Part shown: piece after piece, positions 10,286 to 20,032 of the stretch
How the letters are laid out: every line of letters begins with the position of its first letter
Position numbering within the stretch: the stretch's first letter is position 1
NCBI GenBank assembly: GCA_964636225.1
Contig: CAZWQM010000007.1
Coordinates: forward strand, 7,518 to 71,517
DNA length: 64,000 bases
Reading direction: 5' to 3'
Source: an uncultured Thiotrichales bacterium
GTDB lineage: Bacteria; Pseudomonadota; Gammaproteobacteria; UBA4575
Translations under genes and position numbers: made by a program
The notes under the pieces: model-generated
Seen by the model: the letters and a program-made list of their open reading frames with translations, nothing else
Told to the model about the DNA's origin: nothing
Database searches by the model: none

Positions 10286-11290
10286 ATGAAAGTGCTTGGA
10301 ATTGAATCTTCTTGCGATGAAACCGGGGTCGCGATCATTGACGAAAGCGGAAAAATCCTTTCTGAGAGACTCTATAGTCAAATAATCCTGCATAGTGAAT
10401 ATGGTGGGGTAGTGCCGGAGCTGGCATCCCGCGATCACATTCGCAAAATTACCCCGCTGCTAAAAGAAGTACTGACCGAGGCTGAAGTCCAGCTGGACTC
10501 CCTTGATGCGATTGCTTATACGGCGGGGCCTGGCCTGGTGGGCGCGCTATTTGTCGGTGCCAGTGTGGGCCAGTCGCTGGCCTGGTCACTGGGTATTCCT
10601 TCAATTCCGGTACATCATATGGAAGCGCACTTGCTGGTACCGTTTCTTGAGCAGGACGAGGGACTTCAGTACCCGTTTTTGTGTCTGTTGGTCTCAGGGG
10701 GTCATACCATGATTGTGCAGGCAAAAGGACTTGGCGATTATACGGTATTGGGTGAAAGTCGAGATGATGCTGTAGGTGAAGCGTTTGATAAGGTAGCCAA
10801 GCAACTGAAGCTGGGGTATCCCGGTGGCCCGGCTATTGAGAAAATTGCCAGCACTTCGATATCCAAACGCGATGATTTTCCACGACCAATGACAGATCGC
10901 CCTGGACTGGACTTTAGTTTTAGCGGTCTTAAAACACATACGCTTCTACAATATAAGAGTACTTCTCAAAGCCAAGCCGACATAGCGGACATTGCCCATG
11001 CGTTCCAACAGTCCGTGACCGATACGCTATACATAAAGTGTCAGCGTGCAATCGAACAAACAGGATTAACTACACTCGTTGTGGCAGGTGGTGTGAGCGC
11101 GAATCAGTTATTGCGAGAAAAATTTAACCAGTTAAACAATGTAAATGTGATTTTTCCCAATTTGAAAATGTGCACTGATAATGGCGTGATGATCGCCTAC
11201 GCGGGTTTGCAGTATGCTCTTGCAGGTCGGTTTGGGGAGGCAAAACAGATTACAGTCCATCCACGTTGGTCGTTGCCAGGTAAAAACTAA
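10286..11290 (+). CDS. tsaD: tRNA N6-threonylcarbamoyltransferase
   Basis: LGIESSCDET, GGVVPELASRDH, HHMEAH, DDAVGEAFDK, CTDNG. Confidence 0.98.
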   Translation: MKVLGIESSCDETGVAIIDESGKILSERLYSQIILHSEYGGVVPELASRDHIRKITPLLKEVLTEAEVQLDSLDAIAYTAGPGLVGALFVGASVGQSLAWSLGIPSIPVHHMEAHLLVPFLEQDEGLQYPFLCLLVSGGHTMIVQAKGLGDYTVLGESRDDAVGEAFDKVAKQLKLGYPGGPAIEKIASTSISKRDDFPRPMTDRPGLDFSFSGLKTHTLLQYKSTSQSQADIADIAHAFQQSVTDTLYIKCQRAIEQTGLTTLVVAGGVSANQLLREKFNQLNNVNVIFPNLKMCTDNGVMIAYAGLQYALAGRFGEAKQITVHPRWSLPGKN

Positions 11291-11904
11291 TCCTCGGCAC
11301 CAAGCTTGGATTCCTTTCCACTGAGCAGGTTTTTAATATTTGAGCGATGGCGCCAAAATACCAGTGTGGTGATACCGCAACATAAATATATAATTACCAC
11401 AGGAGTTCGCAGGACATAGGCAACAATTGGCAGTAACGCGGTAGCTGTGAGTGCCGCTAGGGATGAATAACGGGTTATAGCTGCGATGGTTAGCCAAACA
11501 GCCATCCAGATAACCGCAAGCAACCAATGAACACCTAATAACACACCCAGAGTTGTGGCAACGCCTTTACCCCCGCGGAATTGATAATAAAGAGGGTACA
11601 TGTGGCCGATGACGGACACCATAGCCATAATACATAATGTCTCCAGGCTAAATCCCAGACTGCGTGCAATTAAAAGCGGTATCAGGCCTTTTAACAGATC
11701 GCCCAGCAGAGTAAGAGCTGCCGCTTTTTTGCTGCCTGTGCGAAGCATATTGGTAGCGCCCGGATTGCCGGAGCCTAGAGTGCGCGGATCGGGCAGTTTA
11801 AACAGTCGGGCAATTATAATAGAGCTGGAAATGGCGCCAACCAGGTAAGCGATTAGAATCGCGAGGATAAAGATGGCGGGAGGATACATAACCAGAGTGT
11901 CCAT
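11287..11904 (-). CDS. plsY: glycerol-3-phosphate acyltransferase
   Basis: GSGNPGATN, FRGGKGVAT, RHRSNI motifs. Confidence 0.97.
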   Translation of the reverse strand: MDTLVMYPPAIFILAILIAYLVGAISSSIIIARLFKLPDPRTLGSGNPGATNMLRTGSKKAAALTLLGDLLKGLIPLLIARSLGFSLETLCIMAMVSVIGHMYPLYYQFRGGKGVATTLGVLLGVHWLLAVIWMAVWLTIAAITRYSSLAALTATALLPIVAYVLRTPVVIIYLCCGITTLVFWRHRSNIKNLLSGKESKLGAED

Positions 11905-11929
11905 TCAGGCAAATCAAACAGGGAACGAA

Positions 11930-12661
11930 GTGTATAAAGACATAATGCTGTTAACCGGCTGGGGCTCAACCTGCGCCGTATGGGATCCGATTATTCCAGC
12001 ATTAACAAATGCTTTCCAGATAAATTGCATTTCACCTTCATGGATAATTGACTCGCCCGATGATGGTTCATTAGCCAATGTTGATGACTACATAGAAACA
12101 TTAGGTAATCGCCTGAAAAGTCCGACACATATCATTGCCTGGTCAATGGGGGGATTGCTGGCAATCAAACTGGCGGCGCGCTTTCCCGAACGAATCGGTA
12201 AGTTATGTTTGATCGCTTCGGTGCCGAAATTTGTTAGCAAAGATAAAACTTGTTCCGCAATTGATTATTCTTGGTTCAGTCAGTTCACCAAGCAGTATCA
12301 GAAGGAACCGCTTGCCACTCTGAGCAAGTTTTTAACCCTGCAGGTCAGCGGCGATTCCAATGCTAAAGCCGCGCTGCGTTTTTTAAAGAATGTGAGCCAC
12401 TTTCAACATTATGATTTAATGGAATGTGGAAGGGGATTGAATCTGTTGCGACAACTGGATTTGCTGGAGACCATGAAAACCCTTAAGTGTCCGTGTCTGT
12501 TTGTGCAGGGAGATAAAGATGCAGTGGTCAATCCTGAAATCACACAGCATGTGGCTTCGGTGACTCACGCAAATATTAAACTGCTGGCTGGCGCGGCACA
12601 TGCACCGCATGTCTCTCATCCTGATGAAATCAGTGAAATTATTTTGAATTATCTGCAGTAA
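11930..12661 (+). CDS. bioH: pimeloyl-ACP methyl ester carboxylesterase-like alpha/beta hydrolase
   Basis: GWG, WSMGG nucleophile elbow, AAHAPHVSHP; upstream of bioC. GTG at 11930 preferred because the ORF-track start at 11873 overlaps plsY. Confidence 0.8.
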   Translation: MYKDIMLLTGWGSTCAVWDPIIPALTNAFQINCISPSWIIDSPDDGSLANVDDYIETLGNRLKSPTHIIAWSMGGLLAIKLAARFPERIGKLCLIASVPKFVSKDKTCSAIDYSWFSQFTKQYQKEPLATLSKFLTLQVSGDSNAKAALRFLKNVSHFQHYDLMECGRGLNLLRQLDLLETMKTLKCPCLFVQGDKDAVVNPEITQHVASVTHANIKLLAGAAHAPHVSHPDEISEIILNYLQ

Positions 12662-12670
12662 AATTTTCCT

Positions 12671-13525
12671 ATGAGTTTCTCCAGTGAACAGGTCAAGGCC
12701 GCCTTTGCCCGTGCCGCAAGAACATATGACGAGGCCGCGGTTGTGCAAAAAGAGATCCTGTTCCGGCTTGTGGAAAAGCTGAAAATCATTCATACGCGAA
12801 AGGTGGATACCTTACTAGATCTAGGCAGCGGTACAGGGCTGGCAAGAGAATCGTTAAGCGAACACTATGGCGAGTTGTGTTATTTCGCGCTGGATTTTGC
12901 GTTTCCGATGCTTGAATTTGCGAAAAATGAGGCAATCAGTCATTCGTTAAATGCTGTGTGCGCAAATGTTGAGCAGCTGCCTTTCAGGGAAGCTTCCCTA
13001 GATATTATATTTTCAGCTTCGACCCTTCAGTGGAGTAATGATGCCGAAAAAGTCTTTCAACAGTGTTATCAAGCGTTGAAAGAGCAGGGTTCATTGATAT
13101 TTTCAAGTTTTGGTCCGGCGACATTAAAAGAGCTCCGATACAGCTTTGAGCAGGTAGACGACCACTCGCATATCAGCAATTTTGTGGATATACAAACATT
13201 GGGTGACTCCATGCTTGCCTGTGGGTTCAGCTCGCCTGTGATGGAATCAGAAATAATTACCGTGGAATACACAAATCCGATGCATTTGTTAAAAGATCTG
13301 CAGGCAACTGGCGCGACTAACCATAATCAGGAAAAATTACGCGGCTTAATGAGTCGTCAGCGCCTTGATGACGCGCTTCGAGAGTATGAAAAATTTGTAC
13401 TGCCCAATGGTAAATATCCGGCCAGTTACGAAGTACTTTATGGACACGGCAAGAAATTGAGAAAGCAGCCCGCCCGCCCGAGTTATCAAGATGATTGGGA
13501 GACTATCCATTTTCACAAGGATTAG
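12671..13525 (+). CDS. bioC: malonyl-ACP O-methyltransferase
   Basis: FARAARTYDEAA, LDLGSGTG SAM motif, FGPATLKEL, PASYEVLYG. Confidence 0.92.
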   Translation: MSFSSEQVKAAFARAARTYDEAAVVQKEILFRLVEKLKIIHTRKVDTLLDLGSGTGLARESLSEHYGELCYFALDFAFPMLEFAKNEAISHSLNAVCANVEQLPFREASLDIIFSASTLQWSNDAEKVFQQCYQALKEQGSLIFSSFGPATLKELRYSFEQVDDHSHISNFVDIQTLGDSMLACGFSSPVMESEIITVEYTNPMHLLKDLQATGATNHNQEKLRGLMSRQRLDDALREYEKFVLPNGKYPASYEVLYGHGKKLRKQPARPSYQDDWETIHFHKD

Positions 13526-13631
13526 AATCTGGGTGCATGGATAGCGGTGGATTCAAATCCAAAATTGCCTCCAGACAAATTGCGACAAACATTTTCTACC
13601 CGTAATGGTTAAAATGTATACATAATATGGG

Positions 13632-13645
13632 GTGATATAGATCAA
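13632..13645. promoter_or_regulatory. candidate FNR/Anr-family box upstream of the cox cluster
   Basis: GTGAT-ATAG-ATCAA versus consensus TTGAT-N4-ATCAA (1 mismatch). Confidence 0.45.
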
Positions 13646-13783
13646 TTACAGTCAAATCTATAACAAAATACCCACAAGAGAAGCTATGAATTCCGTATCA
13701 ATAATTGCTAACATTAGTGTATAAGTATTTACTGTAATTGAATGTTCTGGGTGAGATTATCTTTCTGCGCATGAAATCAGTTG

Positions 13784-14278
13784 ATGTTGACGTCCGCTAA
13801 GATGGGTGCGGGGACTGTTAAAGACTCACGCTCTACCTTTGTAGTAACGTCAAATTACTCCATGTCATGGCGGGAAAATAAGATAGTGATCGCCAGTCTG
13901 GCGATTGTTTCATTTGGAATCGCGGGTGCTTTTGCGATGCAGGGACTTTGGGTCATTCTGCCTTTTGCAGGTCTGGAGATTATTCTATTAACAGTAATAT
14001 TGTACTGGTGTGGCCTTCGAGCGACCCGGTGCGAAGTGATTTCAATCGATGAAAACTATGTAACTATTGAAGTAGGTCGCCGTAAAATGCGACAGTTGCA
14101 TCGTTTCCAAACAGCATGGACGAGTGTGGAATTGTACGTGCCGGCTATGCCAAACAGGCAAAGTCGATTAGTAATGAGATCGAAAGGAAAAGAGCTGGAA
14201 GTGGGTTCATGCCTGACTAATCAAGAACGGGAAAGTCTGGCGAAGTCGATCAGAAAAGCCCTTTTGCTATCAGTTTAG
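13784..14278 (+). CDS. DUF2244-family membrane protein
   Basis: GLWVILPFAGLE and EVGSCL..ERESLA patterns; commonly found ahead of coxB. Confidence 0.85.
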   Translation: MLTSAKMGAGTVKDSRSTFVVTSNYSMSWRENKIVIASLAIVSFGIAGAFAMQGLWVILPFAGLEIILLTVILYWCGLRATRCEVISIDENYVTIEVGRRKMRQLHRFQTAWTSVELYVPAMPNRQSRLVMRSKGKELEVGSCLTNQERESLAKSIRKALLLSV

Positions 14279-14309
14279 TGAGTTTATCTTATATTAGGGA
14301 GTATAAAAA

Positions 14310-15143
14310 ATGAGTGGTAAAAACTGGCTTAAATGGCTATCAGCCGTTGGCGGTATGTTTGCTGCAATGCAGGTTGCAAGTGCCGGTCAGCCAATTAACA
14401 TGACGCCTGGCGTCACCGACATAAGTGCCAAAGTTTTCGATATGCATATGATCGTACTCTGGTTATGTGTGGTCATTGCAGTATTGGTATTTGGCACAAT
14501 GTTTTACTCGATTTTAATGCATCGTAAGTCGAGAGGTGTGACACCTGCAACATTCCATGAAAGCACCACAGTAGAAGCAGTTTGGACAATAATCCCATTC
14601 GTTATTCTGGTGGCTTTGGCTATGCCGGCTACAAAAACACTGATTGCTATGGAAGACACCAGTGAATATGACCTAACAGTTAAAGTGACCGGCCACCAAT
14701 GGTTGTGGCACTATGAGTATCTGGATCAGGGTGTGGACTTTTATAGTGTATTAAAAACACCTCGTGACCAAGTGAATGGCTTGGCACCTAAAAATGAAAA
14801 CTACTTACTGGAAGTGGATAACCAGCTCGTGTTGCCGGTTGGAAAGAAAGTAAGATTTCTGTTTACCTCAAATGACGTGATTCACGCGTGGTGGGTGCCG
14901 GAACTGGCCGTTAAAAAAGATACAATACCGGGATTTATCAACGAAGCTTGGACCGAGATTAAGACACCTGGCATTTACCGTGGGCAGTGTGCCGAGTTAT
15001 GTGGAAGGGACCATGGCTTTATGCCTGTGGTTGTACGCGCTGTTGAGCAGGACGAGTTTGACCAGTTCCTGGCGCAAAACACAAAGCATGATAAAGGTGA
15101 CAGCGCAGAATATGCGGCTGCAGATCAAGTTGTAACACAATAA
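14310..15143 (+). CDS. coxB: cytochrome c oxidase subunit II (CuA, no fused cytochrome c)
   Basis: QWLWHYEY, DVIHAW, CAELCGRDHGFM CuA ligands; no CxxCH. Confidence 0.97.
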   Translation: MSGKNWLKWLSAVGGMFAAMQVASAGQPINMTPGVTDISAKVFDMHMIVLWLCVVIAVLVFGTMFYSILMHRKSRGVTPATFHESTTVEAVWTIIPFVILVALAMPATKTLIAMEDTSEYDLTVKVTGHQWLWHYEYLDQGVDFYSVLKTPRDQVNGLAPKNENYLLEVDNQLVLPVGKKVRFLFTSNDVIHAWWVPELAVKKDTIPGFINEAWTEIKTPGIYRGQCAELCGRDHGFMPVVVRAVEQDEFDQFLAQNTKHDKGDSAEYAAADQVVTQ

Positions 15144-15191
15144 AAAAATTCTAAACATATTTAATTTGCATCATTTTTTAAGGAGTACATC

Positions 15192-16772
15192 ATGAGTACG
15201 GTTGCTACCGACGATCATCACGATGATCACCAGGAAAGTCCTTATTCCATAAAGCGCTGGTTATTTAGTACTAACCATAAAGACATCGGGACCATGTATC
15301 TGTGGTTCTCATTCATCATCTTCCTGATTGGCGGAATGATGGCGCTGGTGATTCGAGCTGAACTGTTTGAACCCGGTCTTCAGTTTGTAGACCCGCAATT
15401 TTTCAACTCCATGACAACCATGCACGCCATCATGATGGTATTTGGTGTGGTGATGCCGGCATTTACTGGTCTGGCTAACTGGCTGATACCGATGATGATT
15501 GGCGCACCGGATATGGCACTTCCTCGCATGAATAACTGGAGTTTCTGGTTATTGCCTTTTGCATTCACCATGATGTTATCTACATTATTCATGGATGGCG
15601 GTGGTCCCGCGGGTGGTTGGACTTTATATCCTCCTTTAACATTGCAAACTGGTGACGCATTGCCGTTTGTGATTTTGTCAATTCACCTCATGGGTATCTC
15701 ATCCATTATGGGTGCAATTAACGTTATTGCGACCGTATTGAATATGCGTGCGCCAGGCATGACATTAATGAAAATGCCTCTGTTTGTATGGACCTGGTTG
15801 ATTACTGCCTATCTGTTGATTGCAGTTATGCCTGTACTGGCAGGTGGCGTTACCATGTTATTGACGGATAAGTTCTTTGGAACCAGTTTCTTTAATGCTG
15901 CGGGCGGGGGTGATCCGGTCATGTTCCAGCACATCTTCTGGTTCTTTGGTCATCCTGAAGTGTACATTCTGATTTTGCCTTCCTTTGGCGTGGTCTCAAG
16001 TATTGTTCCAACTTTCGCACGCAAACCACTATTTGGTTATGCCTCAATGGTCTACGCGACAGGTTCAATTGCATTCCTTTCTTTCATTGTATGGGCACAC
16101 CACATGTTTACAACTGGCATGCCGCTTGCGGGTGAACTGTTCTTCATGTTTGCCACAATGTTGATCGCGGTGCCTACCGGAGTGAAGGTATTTAACTGGG
16201 TGGCTACTATGTGGCGTGGTGCAATGACATTCGAAACACCTATGCTGTTTGCTCTTGGCTTCATCGTGATGTTCAGTATTGGTGGTTTCTCAGGCTTAAT
16301 GCTTGCGATGGCGCCAATTGATTTCCAGTACCATGACACATACTTTGTAGTGGCACACTTCCACTACGTGTTGGTGCCAGGCTCTATCTTTGCGATTATC
16401 GCGGCGGTGTACTACTGGTTACCGAAGTGGTGTGGTCATATGTACAACGAGAAATTGGGTAAAACGCACTTTTGGTTGTCTACCATATTTGTCAACCTGA
16501 CTTTCTTCCCGATGCACTTTGTGGGGCTGGCAGGTATGCCTAGACGTATTCCGGATTACGCTCTACAGTTCTCCGACTACAATATGCTTGCTTCGATTGG
16601 CGCATTTGGCTTCGGATTCTCACAGCTACTGTTCCTGTATATGGTTATAAAAACCATTCGCGGCGGCGAGAAAGCGACAAGCCAGGTTTGGGAAAATGCA
16701 GAAGGTTTGGAATGGACACTGGCATCCCCTGCGCCGCACCACAGCTTTACGACTCCACCGATTGTTAAGTAA
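15192..16772 (+). CDS. coxA: cytochrome c oxidase subunit I, A1-type
   Basis: NHKDIG, GHPEVY, WAHH, HFHY, GMPRR. Confidence 0.99.
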   Translation: MSTVATDDHHDDHQESPYSIKRWLFSTNHKDIGTMYLWFSFIIFLIGGMMALVIRAELFEPGLQFVDPQFFNSMTTMHAIMMVFGVVMPAFTGLANWLIPMMIGAPDMALPRMNNWSFWLLPFAFTMMLSTLFMDGGGPAGGWTLYPPLTLQTGDALPFVILSIHLMGISSIMGAINVIATVLNMRAPGMTLMKMPLFVWTWLITAYLLIAVMPVLAGGVTMLLTDKFFGTSFFNAAGGGDPVMFQHIFWFFGHPEVYILILPSFGVVSSIVPTFARKPLFGYASMVYATGSIAFLSFIVWAHHMFTTGMPLAGELFFMFATMLIAVPTGVKVFNWVATMWRGAMTFETPMLFALGFIVMFSIGGFSGLMLAMAPIDFQYHDTYFVVAHFHYVLVPGSIFAIIAAVYYWLPKWCGHMYNEKLGKTHFWLSTIFVNLTFFPMHFVGLAGMPRRIPDYALQFSDYNMLASIGAFGFGFSQLLFLYMVIKTIRGGEKATSQVWENAEGLEWTLASPAPHHSFTTPPIVK

Positions 16773-16795
16773 TTGGTTTGAGTCTGAGTTGAGCA

Positions 16796-16906
16796 ATGAG
16801 TATCAGGCATAAACAGCAAAAGGCAGCCAACAGAACAGTAGCCATACTGGCGTTGGTTGCCCTTGTTATCTATGTCGGCTTTTATTTTATTGTTGGTAAG
16901 TCGTAA
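16796..16906 (+). CDS. small single-TM protein between coxA and cox11 (probable oxidase small assembly/accessory protein)
   Basis: Manual translation MSIRHKQQKAANRTVAILALVALVIYVGFYFIVGKS (36 aa): basic N-terminus plus one TM helix; fills the gap. Confidence 0.75.
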   Translation: MSIRHKQQKAANRTVAILALVALVIYVGFYFIVGKS

Positions 16907-16915
16907 TACTTCATC

Positions 16916-17482
16916 ATGGAAACACAGGACAAGAAATCCCGTAGTGTAGCTACTAAACTTGCGATCGCATGCGTGTGTATGTTTGGCTTTGGATATGCGC
17001 TTGTGCCTCTATACGACGTGTTTTGTGATCTTACTGGTTTGCGCATTACTAATGTGTCTAAACAGTTAGTTTCGCAGGAGATAAAAGAAGACACTTCGCG
17101 TCTGGTAACGGTTCAGTTTGACGTGTCACTAAATGGCTCCATGCCCTTGGAAGTACACCCGGCCGTAAGCAACATAAAAGTTCACCCTGGTAAAGTGTAT
17201 ACAACGAGCTATATAGCAAAAAATAAAACCAAGTCAGAAATGATTGGTCAGGCGGTTCCAAGTATCACACCGTATGCGGCCAGTCGGCACCTAGTTAAGA
17301 CTGAATGCTTCTGCTTTGATAGTCAAACGATTGCTGGCGGACAACAGGTCGACATGCCCCTAAGTTTTATGCTCGACCCTAAATTGCCGAAGGATGTAAA
17401 AGTCGTCACACTTTCTTATACATTTTTCGATATAACCAAAAGCGCAAAAATAAATAAACCTGATTCAAAAGAATCTGTATAA
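16916..17482 (+). CDS. ctaG: cytochrome c oxidase CuB assembly protein Cox11/CtaG
   Basis: ALVPLYDVFC, ECFCF copper motif, TLSYTFF. Confidence 0.96.
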   Translation: METQDKKSRSVATKLAIACVCMFGFGYALVPLYDVFCDLTGLRITNVSKQLVSQEIKEDTSRLVTVQFDVSLNGSMPLEVHPAVSNIKVHPGKVYTTSYIAKNKTKSEMIGQAVPSITPYAASRHLVKTECFCFDSQTIAGGQQVDMPLSFMLDPKLPKDVKVVTLSYTFFDITKSAKINKPDSKESV

Positions 17483-17505
17483 GTATTTTTATTGAGGATT
17501 AAATA

Positions 17506-18381
17506 ATGGCACATGCTGATAACACATATTACGTTCCACACGGAAGTCAATGGCCGATCGTTGCCTCCGTAGGCGTATGTACTTTAATGGTTGGTCTTGG
17601 CAACACGCTGAATAATGTATCGTGGGGTTCGCCTGTGATGATGGTTGGACTGGCAATAGTATTATTCATGATCTTTGGCTGGTTTGGTGCCGTTATTAAA
17701 GAGCACCAAAAAGGCTTGTATAACATGCAGGTCGACATGTCATTTCGCTGGGGTATGTTCTGGTTTATTTTTTCAGAAGTTATGTTTTTCGCGGTGTTCT
17801 TTGGTGCTTTGTATTATGCAAGACATTACTCGCTTCCGTGGCTAAGTGGTGAAGGCAGTAAGGGCATTATCACTAATTCAATATTATGGAATGGATACGA
17901 AGGTACCTGGCCAAGTGAAGCCAACGGACCAGGAAATATCGGTGGCGACTACCAGTTTATGCCAGCGTGGGGACTTCCTGCCATCAACACCGCTTTATTG
18001 TTGACCAGTGGGGTTACGATAACATGGGCGCATCATGCGTTAAAAGCAAACCATCGTGCTCAATTAATCATAGGGTTGTTTTTAACTGTTTTACTGGGTG
18101 CGACCTTTATGTACTTCCAGGGAACTGAGTACGTACACGCTTACCATGAGCTGGGATTAACTTTGGGTTCGGGCATCTACGGATCAACTTTCTTTATGAT
18201 GACAGGATTCCATGGCTTGCATGTGACTATTGGAGCCATCATTTTAGCTGTGATCCTGTTTAGATGCATTGCAGGTCATTTTACTCCTGAAAGACACTTT
18301 GCATTTGAGGCTGCGGCCTGGTATTGGCACTTTGTGGATGTTGTGTGGCTGGGATTATTTATATTTGTGTATATGATCTAA
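17506..18381 (+). CDS. coxC: cytochrome c oxidase subunit III
   Basis: WFIFSEVMFF, TGFHGLHV, WYWHFVDVVW. Confidence 0.98.
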   Translation: MAHADNTYYVPHGSQWPIVASVGVCTLMVGLGNTLNNVSWGSPVMMVGLAIVLFMIFGWFGAVIKEHQKGLYNMQVDMSFRWGMFWFIFSEVMFFAVFFGALYYARHYSLPWLSGEGSKGIITNSILWNGYEGTWPSEANGPGNIGGDYQFMPAWGLPAINTALLLTSGVTITWAHHALKANHRAQLIIGLFLTVLLGATFMYFQGTEYVHAYHELGLTLGSGIYGSTFFMMTGFHGLHVTIGAIILAVILFRCIAGHFTPERHFAFEAAAWYWHFVDVVWLGLFIFVYMI

Positions 18382-18402
18382 CACTCGCACGAGTGCTATG
18401 TA

Positions 18403-18427
18403 AAAAGGCGTCTAAAAGACGCCTTTT
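18403..18427. terminator. bidirectional intrinsic terminator
   Basis: AAAAGGCGTCT-AAA-AGACGCCTTTT perfect hairpin between convergent coxC and the DUF2909-like gene. Confidence 0.85.
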
Positions 18428-18454
18428 CCCGTTAGGCTAAATGAACAGATTTGT

Positions 18455-18658
18455 TTAAAAACCTCCAGGTTCTATCCATCCAAATATGGCGCTGATTATC
18501 AAAATGATAAAGGCCAAGACAGACAGACCTATTCGATAAGTTAACGCTCTAACAGTCTTATTGTTGGATTCTTTGCTTACTAGCAAATGAAATAATGCCG
18601 ACGCCAGGCTCCAAAGGATAAGAAAAAATATTAATATGACGGCAATTTTAATTAGCAT
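18455..18658 (-). CDS. twin-TM small protein (DUF2909/HIG1-like)
   Basis: SLASALFHL...VRALTYRIGLS; usual antisense position in cox clusters. Confidence 0.88.
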   Translation of the reverse strand: MLIKIAVILIFFLILWSLASALFHLLVSKESNNKTVRALTYRIGLSVLAFIILIISAIFGWIEPGGF

Positions 18659-18715
18659 ATTTTGTCGGGATACATGAATTGTGTAAGCCTTAAGTATAAC
18701 TGTTATTGGAAATAA

Positions 18716-19450
18716 ATGGCTTTAAGCAAACAAATTTCATTCAAGTTTTGGATAAAACAGCTTGCGGCAATAACTGCATTGGGTTTGTTTTTATCCCTTG
18801 GGATGTGGCAACTTGGACGCGGCACGGCCAAAGGTGAAATAGAGGCAGCCATAAACGAGAATGAGGTTGTGTCTGAAAATCCCAGATTGCCCATACAGGA
18901 TGTCGAAAGCTGGCGCTACAAGCAAATACATCTAACCGGACATTACGCTATCAAAAAACAGTTCTTGCTGGATAATCAAGTGAGGGATAGAACCTCAGGT
19001 TATAATGTTTTAACGCCTTTCTACATTGACGGCGACAATGTATGGGTGTTGGTGGATAGAGGCTGGATTGCGCAGGGTATAGATAGAGGTACATTGCCTG
19101 ATGTGGAAAATGCCGGTACTGAAACACAACAGATCTCAGGCAGAATTTATGTTCCCTATAGTGCGGCATACAGTCTGGGGGATATCGCGGAAGGTGAGGA
19201 CAGCGGATGGCCAAGAAGAATTCAATTTGTTGATTACGATCAGTTAAGTATAAGAATTGGAAAGGCACTTCAACCATTTACGCTTAGACTTGCCGCCGAT
19301 GAACCTTACGGGTTTCGGCGGGACTGGATGCTGAATAACATGACTTCCAGTAAGCACTATGGTTATGCATTCCAGTGGTTTGCAATGGCTTGCGCCGTAG
19401 TAATCCTCTGGTGGCTCTACAGTATAAAACCATTATCTGAAAAGAAATGA
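18716..19450 (+). CDS. SURF1/Shy1 family protein
   Basis: LGMWQLGR, LLDNQ, LVDRGW, HYGYAFQWF. Confidence 0.95.
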   Translation: MALSKQISFKFWIKQLAAITALGLFLSLGMWQLGRGTAKGEIEAAINENEVVSENPRLPIQDVESWRYKQIHLTGHYAIKKQFLLDNQVRDRTSGYNVLTPFYIDGDNVWVLVDRGWIAQGIDRGTLPDVENAGTETQQISGRIYVPYSAAYSLGDIAEGEDSGWPRRIQFVDYDQLSIRIGKALQPFTLRLAADEPYGFRRDWMLNNMTSSKHYGYAFQWFAMACAVVILWWLYSIKPLSEKK

Positions 19451-20028
19451 CTACAAAAAAGAATTCAAAACTACAGGGCTATTTATTGATAGCTGTCTTC
19501 GTCGTCCCCTTGTTCATTGCCATGGGCATGTACTTTATGAGAGATGGTATGCATGCTGTGAAATCGGTTTCACATGGCGAGTTAATATATCCTGCGCAGC
19601 CCGTAACACGTATTCAAATCGAATCCGGGGAAAATTCCCGTATTGATCTTGAAACGCTAAAAGGCAAATGGACATACCTTGTCTACTCACCACAGGCTTG
19701 TGATTTAGAGTGTGAAGCCTCGTTATTCAAATTACGCCAAACTAAAAAAGCCACAGGAAGAGAAGCCAACCGTGTGCAATCCGCTTTGCTTATTAAAGCA
19801 GGTCAACTAGAGACAGAAATTCAAAACAGAAATCCAAGAACACTGATGGGTGAGTTGATCAAGATGGAGTTAGAAAACGGGGATAGGGCAAGCCTGAAAC
19901 TGGAACCTGGAAAGATATACCTGATGGACCCCCACGGGAATCTAATGATGAAATATGATCAATCTTCTACCTCGCGTGGGATGCTGAAAGATATAAAAAA
20001 ATTATTAAAGATATCGAATATCGGATAA
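19447..20028 (+). CDS. SCO-like thioredoxin-fold membrane protein
   Basis: N-terminal TM helix, CDLEC (CxxxC), YLMDPHGNLMMKY; located in cox cluster. Confidence 0.8.
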   Translation: MTTKKNSKLQGYLLIAVFVVPLFIAMGMYFMRDGMHAVKSVSHGELIYPAQPVTRIQIESGENSRIDLETLKGKWTYLVYSPQACDLECEASLFKLRQTKKATGREANRVQSALLIKAGQLETEIQNRNPRTLMGELIKMELENGDRASLKLEPGKIYLMDPHGNLMMKYDQSSTSRGMLKDIKKLLKISNIG

Positions 20029-20032
20029 AAGA

